Positions 61,001 through 64,000 of a stretch of 64,000 nucleotides of DNA are shown in pieces. Every line of letters begins with the position of its first letter. The stretch's first letter is position 1. Under the pieces are notes generated by a model, which worked only from the letters and a program-made list of their open reading frames with translations, was not told the origin of the DNA and searched no databases. The stretch covers positions 10,850,001 to 10,914,000 of the forward strand of contig NC_086121.1 in assembly GCF_963921235.1 (NCBI RefSeq), written 5' to 3'. The DNA comes from Mobula hypostoma (taxonomy: Eukaryota). The translations under genes were made by a program, and so were the position numbers.

Positions 61001-61039
61001 TTGTTTTCGATAGGTAATGGGAACATTGGAGACACCAGG
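19071..61039 (+). CDS. TNFRSF14: TNF receptor superfamily member (TNFRSF14/HVEM-like, CD40-like CRD4); spliced, 3'-partial: join(19071..19074,30815..30840,38748..38850,48837..48962,52905..53048,54360..54453,58470..58645,61014..61039)
   Basis: Hand splicing at canonical AG/GT sites gives a continuous 233-aa frame: [240 protein letters not shown] cysteine spacing and TM helix are clear. The symbol means '-like'; orthology versus TNFRSF5/CD40 is not established. The first two segments are less certain than the rest. Confidence 0.85.
22616..23176 (+). mobile_element. Non-autonomous Tc1-like element (same family as 6064-6607)
   Basis: Same TIRs and internal sequence. Confidence 0.8.
24700..25412 (+). 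mobile_element. CR1 LINE 3' fragment
   Basis: [19 protein letters not shown] motifs and CR1 3'UTR. Similar fragments at 19430-19945 (-), 29120-29385 (+), 53490-53840 (-) and 61350-61810 (+). Confidence 0.85.
26483..26946 (+). mobile_element. Internally deleted hAT-like DNA transposon with BED-finger exon remnant
   Basis: TIR CAGACATCCCACC / GGTGGGATGTCTG, 6-bp TSD TTACTG (26477-26482 / 26947-26952). ORF 26594-26755 [16 protein letters not shown] followed by frameshifted KRH and a GTGAGT donor. Confidence 0.82.
28143..28827 (-). mobile_element. Non-autonomous LINE-derived element (CpG-rich 5' end + LINE 3' tail)
   Basis: Minus strand starts ggaggagAAGATGGCagcgcg and ends atgacAATAAAagagg. 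Similar architecture at ~21170-21955 and ~58788-59730. Confidence 0.55.
29900..30560 (-). mobile_element. Highly decayed Penelope-like ORF remnant
   Basis: Frameshifted similarity to the 62.6-63.2 kb ORF (QDPTTK.I, PC...RC.T.P.T). Confidence 0.55.
30815..30840 (+). CDS. 26-nt coding micro-exon (A)TKYEEFKK, signal peptide n-region
   Basis: Acceptor attcttttttttcag|, donor AAG|GTAAGA. Phase 1 in and phase 0 out fits the 38748 exon. Confidence 0.7.
31100..31397 (+). mobile_element. tRNA-derived SINE with CORE-like and V/Meta-like central domains
   Basis: A box (TGGCGCATGG), B box (GGTTCAAGCC), gtgtccttgagcaaggcacttaacc CORE-like block, (TTAATC)-type tail, imperfect 13-bp TSD (31087-31099 / 31398-31410). 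Confidence 0.85.
32640..36960 (+). mobile_element. Decayed Gypsy/Ty3 LTR-retrotransposon internal region (gag, protease, RT, RNase H, integrase)
   Basis: gag ([13 protein letters not shown]...LRDRLV), RT ([28 protein letters not shown]), RNase H (LVCDA.PYG.GAVL), integrase ([31 protein letters not shown]). Many frameshifts; interrupted by a LINE tail at ~33802-34270. Confidence 0.92.
37164..37674 (+). mobile_element. Composite MITE bounded by palindromic CAGTACTGTGCAAAAG units
   Basis: ~66-bp self-complementary units at both ends. An inverted copy of the whole composite lies at ~17520-17940. Confidence 0.65.
38748..38850 (+). CDS. TNFRSF exon: signal peptide h-region + first half of CRD1
   Basis: attacag|...CCAG|GTAAGT; [34 protein letters not shown]. 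Not in the ORF track. Confidence 0.92.
38881..39977 (-). mobile_element. Non-autonomous Helitron
   Basis: Minus strand starts TC(TATATAATAC) followed by a (CTGT)n tract and ends CTAG. Subterminal hairpin at 38892-38910. Inserted between A38880 and T39978 with no TSD. Internal R/E/Q-rich 'ARLQDQR'-like repeats resemble a Rep/Hel N-terminus. Confidence 0.85.
40493..40527 (-). ncRNA. Minimal hammerhead ribozyme motif (antisense copy)
   Basis: Reverse complement GTC-CTGACGA-AGGgtctcggCCT-GAAA-CGTC-GACT. Confidence 0.7.
40546..40594 (+). ncRNA. Hammerhead ribozyme motif (minimal Penelope-type at 40559-40594; type III fold possible at 40546-40589)
   Basis: AGTC-CTGACGA-AGG gtctcag CCT-GAAA-CG-TC-GACT: intact core, stem I AGUC/GACU, stem II AGG/CCU, palindromic ACGU, GUC cleavage triplet. 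Confidence 0.8.
41810..41989. mobile_element. Short fold-back Penelope pseudo-LTR insertion
   Basis: 13-bp TSD TGAGGAAATAGAT (41797-41809 / 41990-42002). Inverted arms around a decayed CTGAAGA...catcgact hammerhead remnant. Confidence 0.75.
43164..47676 (-). mobile_element. Tigger/pogo-like DNA transposon remnant split by the CR1 insertion
   Basis: LLVDNCTAH...FLPA.TTS..QP.D transposase motif (43490-43696). Inverted termini agtggattttggttaactggg (~43164) and cccaattaaccagaatccact (~47656). Confidence 0.75.
44322..47600 (-). mobile_element. 5'-truncated CR1 LINE (ORF1 esterase end, APE endonuclease, RT, 3' tail)
   Basis: SGNH-esterase-like [12 protein letters not shown]; APE VAITETW and GVFYRPP; [35 protein letters not shown]. 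Tandem (TTTCTA)-type tail at 44322. Confidence 0.95.
48837..48962 (+). CDS. TNFRSF exon: end of CRD1 + start of CRD2
   Basis: ttgcag|...CCAG|GTATAT; 126 nt, phase 1-1; [41 protein letters not shown]. Confidence 0.95.
50860..52225 (-). mobile_element. Decayed CR1 LINE fragments
   Basis: K.FDKV.YG.LVQK motif (51406-51615) and CR1 3' region similarity. Confidence 0.65.
52905..53048 (+). CDS. TNFRSF exon: end of CRD2 + most of CRD3
   Basis: tttacag|...AAAG|GTAGGT; 144 nt, phase 1-1; [47 protein letters not shown]. Confidence 0.95.
54360..54453 (+). CDS. TNFRSF exon: end of CRD3 + start of CRD4
   Basis: gtttcag|...GT|GTAAGT; 94 nt, phase 1-2; [30 protein letters not shown]. Confidence 0.95.
55075..55290 (-). 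mobile_element. Elasmobranch V-SINE/HE1-like SINE remnant
   Basis: Minus strand has a tRNA-like head and gggtttcctcc...cagtccaaagacgt block. Related remnants at ~20745-20940 (-) and ~24445-24600 (+). Confidence 0.6.
55852..57057 (-). mobile_element. Non-autonomous Tc1-like element interrupted by a LINE 3' fragment
   Basis: Reverse-complement copy of the 6064 family; LINE insert at ~56400-57030. Confidence 0.7.
57281..57769. mobile_element. Older fold-back Penelope pseudo-LTR insertion with decayed hammerheads
   Basis: 15-bp TSD TGTGTTGAATTGTTG (57266-57280 / 57770-57784). Minus copy followed by plus copy. Mutated hammerhead cores at 57347-57383 (-) and 57639-57674 (+). Confidence 0.8.
58158..58370 (+). 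mobile_element. Ancient Deu-domain-like SINE remnant
   Basis: tRNA-like head (cagaaggtcgtgggttcaagtcc) and gagatgttaaacc.ag.cc..gtctgccc.ctc Deu-like block. Confidence 0.5.
58470..58645 (+). CDS. TNFRSF exon: end of CRD4, stalk, transmembrane helix, juxtamembrane basic residues
   Basis: cttccccag|...CCAG|GTATGT; 176 nt, phase 2-1; [20 protein letters not shown], ~24 hydrophobic residues, then KRH. Confidence 0.95.
61014..61039 (+). CDS. 26-nt cytoplasmic micro-exon (G)NGNIGDTR
   Basis: T-rich acceptor ttgtgtttttgttttcgatag|, donor AGG|GTAAGT. Phase 1-0, like the short post-TM exon of HVEM/CD40-type genes. Confidence 0.8.
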
Positions 61040-62223
61040 GTAAGTACATAATATCTCTCCAATATACGTGTAATAAATTGTGATTCCTGCAGAATTAATA
61101 TTGACAACATAATGCAGGCAGACTGCAATTTAATATTATGTTTTCCCTGCACATTATTTTTATTTTGGAATGATGCGTAATTTCACCAGTTGCAAACCAT
61201 GTTGAAGGGTAATATCAGCTGATAGTATCTGAAGTGTTTAGTGTTTACATACCGAGGTTACTAATAAGGCCATAGACATGGGGCTGAATTAGACTATTCA
61301 GCCCATTGAGTCTGTTTCACTCTTCACCATGGTTGATTTACTTTCCATCTTGTTGGAAAATTGTGAGCAGTTTTGGTCCCCATATCTCAGAAAATATCCA
61401 GGATTGTGAGGATAGGTTGATAACTCTATACCTGTTTATACTGGAGTTTAAGAAAATGAGGGGAGATCTCATTGAAACCTGCTAAATACTGAAAGACCTA
61501 GACAGAGTGGATGTGGACACGATGTTTCCTATAATGGGGGAGTCTAAAACCAGAGGGCAAAGCCTCAGAATAGTTGGGCGTCCCTTTAGCAGAGTTGATG
61601 AGAAATTTCTTTTGCCAGAGGACGGTGAATCTGTAGAGACAAGTCATTGGGTATATTTAAAATGAAGGTTGATAGTTTCTTGATTAGTAAGGGCGTCAAA
61701 TGTTATAGAGAGAAGGCAGGAGAATGGGGTTGAGAGGGAAAATAAATCAGCCATGATCAAAAGCTTGATGGACATAGGAAATTCTGTTCCTGTGTTTCAT
61801 GGTCTTATAGAAACTAGTTGAGATGATGTGATGTGCCTGCTGTGGTGGGGAGGAGTAATAACCTGGTGTAATGTTGGGGGGGCCAGTGCTGCACAGTGTG
61901 GTTGGCAGGACCAGGGCTGATGAGGAAGAGTATGGATGATAAGACAGGATGCTTTCTGGTAAGATATCATTGGTGATATTGATTGATAGATATTTCTGTT
62001 TTGGGCTGGTGAAGTCCCAGATATACATGCTGAGAATGTGGAATGTGAGACAACACCGGGTGTCTAATGGGAAGATGGAGAGTGACATGGAAGGTGATTT
62101 GAGATGATCATGGAAGTTGTTTCGACTGTCAGTTGCTTCAGGAGTTCTCTACTCATGGAGCAATAATAGATATCACAGTAATCGAGGCTGATTTAACGAT
62201 GATGTCCATGAAGCAATATTTCT

Positions 62224-63819
62224 AGTGAATGCAGCAGGCCAGGCAGCATCTCTAGGAAAAGGTATAGTCGACGTTTCAGGCAGAGACCCTTCGTCAGGAC
62301 TAACTGAAAGAAGAGCTAGTAAGAGATTTGAAAGTGGGAGGCGGAGGGGGAGATCCGAAATGATAGGAGAAGACAGGAGGGGGAAGGATGGAGCCAAGAG
62401 CTGGACAGGTGATTGGCAAAGGATCATGGGACAGGAGGCCCAGGGAGAAAGAAAAGGGAGAGGGGGGAAGCCCAGAGGATGGGCAAGAGGTATAGTGAGA
62501 GGGACAGAGGGAGAAAAAGGAGAGAGAGAGAAAAAGAATGTGTGTGTATATAAATAAATAAATAATGGATGGGATACGAGGGGGAGGTGGGGCATTAGCG
62601 GAAGTTTGAGAAGTCAATGTTTATGCCGTCAGGTTGGAGGCTACCCAGACAGAATATAAAGTGTTGTTCCTCCAACCTGAGTGTGGCTTCATCTTTACAG
62701 TAGAGGAGGCCGTGGATAGACATATCAGAATGGGAATGGGACGTGGAATTAAAATGTGTGGCCACTGGGAGATCCTGCTTTCTCTGGTGGACAGAGCGCA
62801 GGTGTTCAGCGAAATGATCTCCCAGTCTGCGTCGGGTCTCGCGAATATATAGAAGGCAGCATCGGGAGCACTGGACGCAGTATATCACCCCAGCCGACTC
62901 ACAGGTGAAGTGTTGCCTCACCTGGAAGGACTGTCTGGGGCCCTGAATGGTGGTGAGGGAGGAAGTGTAAGGGCACGTGTAGCACTTGTTCCACTTACAA
63001 GGATAAGTGCCAGGAGGGAGATCGGTGGGGAGGGATGGAGGGGGACGAATGGACAAGAGAGTCGCGCAGGGAGTGATCCCTGTGGAAAGCAGAGAAGGTG
63101 GGGAGGGAAAGATGTGCTTAGTGGTGGGATCCGGTTGGAGGTGGCGGAAGTTACGGAGAATTATATGTTGGATCGTTTCACTGAACACCTACGCTCTGTC
63201 TGCCAGAGAAAGCAAGATCTCCCAGTGGCCACACATTTTAATTCCACATCCCATTCCCATTCTGATATGTCTATCCACGGCCTCCTCTACTGTAAAGATG
63301 AAGCCACACTCAGGTTGGAGGAACAACACCTATATTCTGTCTGGGTAGCCTCCAACCTGATGGCATGAACATTGACTTCTCAAACTTCCGCTAATGCCCC
63401 ACCTCCCCCTCGTACCCCATCTGTTATTTATTTATACACACACATTCTTTTTCTCACTCTCCTGTTTCTCCCTCTGTCTCTCTCACTATACCTCTTGCCC
63501 ATCCTCTGGGCTTCCCCCCTCCCCCTTTTCTTTCTCCCTGGGCCTCTTGTCCCATGATCCTCTCATATCCCTTTTGCCAATCACCTGTCCAGCTCTTGGC
63601 TCTATCCCTCCCCCTCCTGTCTTCTCCTATCATTTCAGATCTCCCCCTTCCCCTCCCACTTTCAAATCTCTTACTAGCTCTTTCAGTTAGTCCTGACGAA
63701 AGGTCTGGGCCCAAAATGTCGACTGTACCTCTTCCTAGAGATGCTGCCTGGCCTGCTGCGTTCTCCAGCAACTTTTATGTGTGTTGCTTGAAATTCCAGC
63801 ATCTTCAGATTTCCTCGTG
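62224..63819. mobile_element. 5'-truncated Penelope-like element with large inversion (GIY-YIG endonuclease remnant + pseudo-LTR in both orientations)
   Basis: Minus-strand ORF 62595-63188 has C..C.TC, FTC.S.GVIYC..CSRC.LLYI.ET.R.L..RF.EH, a PLE GIY-YIG pattern. Inverted arms ~62225-62819 / 63171-63766. TSD TGAAG(C/A)AATATTTCT at 62209-62223 / 63820-63834. Confidence 0.92.
62265..62302 (-). ncRNA. Minimal hammerhead ribozyme motif in Penelope pseudo-LTR
   Basis: Reverse complement TAGTC-CTGACGA-AGGgtctctgCCT-GAAA-CGTC-GACTA, with intact core and 5-bp stem I. The + strand counterpart at 63689-63724 has GAAA changed to AAAA. Confidence 0.8.
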
Positions 63820-64000
63820 TGAAGAAATATTTCTCATAGTTCAGTTGATGGAGGAAGGCAGAGATGTTACCAGCCAATGGGCGTGCAGGTGACCAAAGAT
63901 GAAATGATGAGAGTTCTGCCCACGTTGGGAACCACAGAGTCCTTGTGCCATTTATGATAATGGTGAGAGTCAGTGTTGGACATCATAAAGGAAATATCAT

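Noticed and set aside
63845-63892. Possible terminal coding exon (LMEEGRDVTSQWACR*)
   Set aside because: Weak acceptor, no TRAF-like motif, and it simply continues the flank split by the Penelope insertion. The last exon is more likely beyond the window.

Overview
Vertebrate genomic DNA. The repeat repertoire suggests a cartilaginous fish, probably a ray (inference). It is dominated by transposable elements, and nearly all entries in the ORF track are TE remnants or chance frames. One host gene spans the window on the + strand: a TNF-receptor-superfamily member closest in motif pattern to TNFRSF14/HVEM-like proteins, with a CD40-like fourth cysteine-rich domain (CRD). It has a CpG-island promoter at ~8.2 kb and candidate non-coding 5' exons. 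Eight phase-compatible coding segments (19071-19074, 30815-30840, 38748-38850, 48837-48962, 52905-53048, 54360-54453, 58470-58645, 61014-61039) give 233 aa: signal peptide, 4 CRDs, TM helix and the start of the cytoplasmic tail. The last exon probably lies beyond the window. Introns and the upstream flank hold CR1, Rex1/L2-type and HERO-type LINEs, a decayed Gypsy element, solo LTRs, a non-autonomous Helitron, hAT/Tc1/pogo elements and SINEs. The most unusual structure is a set of four TSD-flanked, fold-back insertions built from Penelope pseudo-LTRs carrying minimal hammerhead ribozymes. In one of them (40437-40688) a short tandem duplication produces what can fold as a complete single-molecule type III hammerhead on the host pre-mRNA strand, embedded in nested perfect palindromes. 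A 68-bp tandem repeat in the CpG island also builds an array of CTCF-like motifs.
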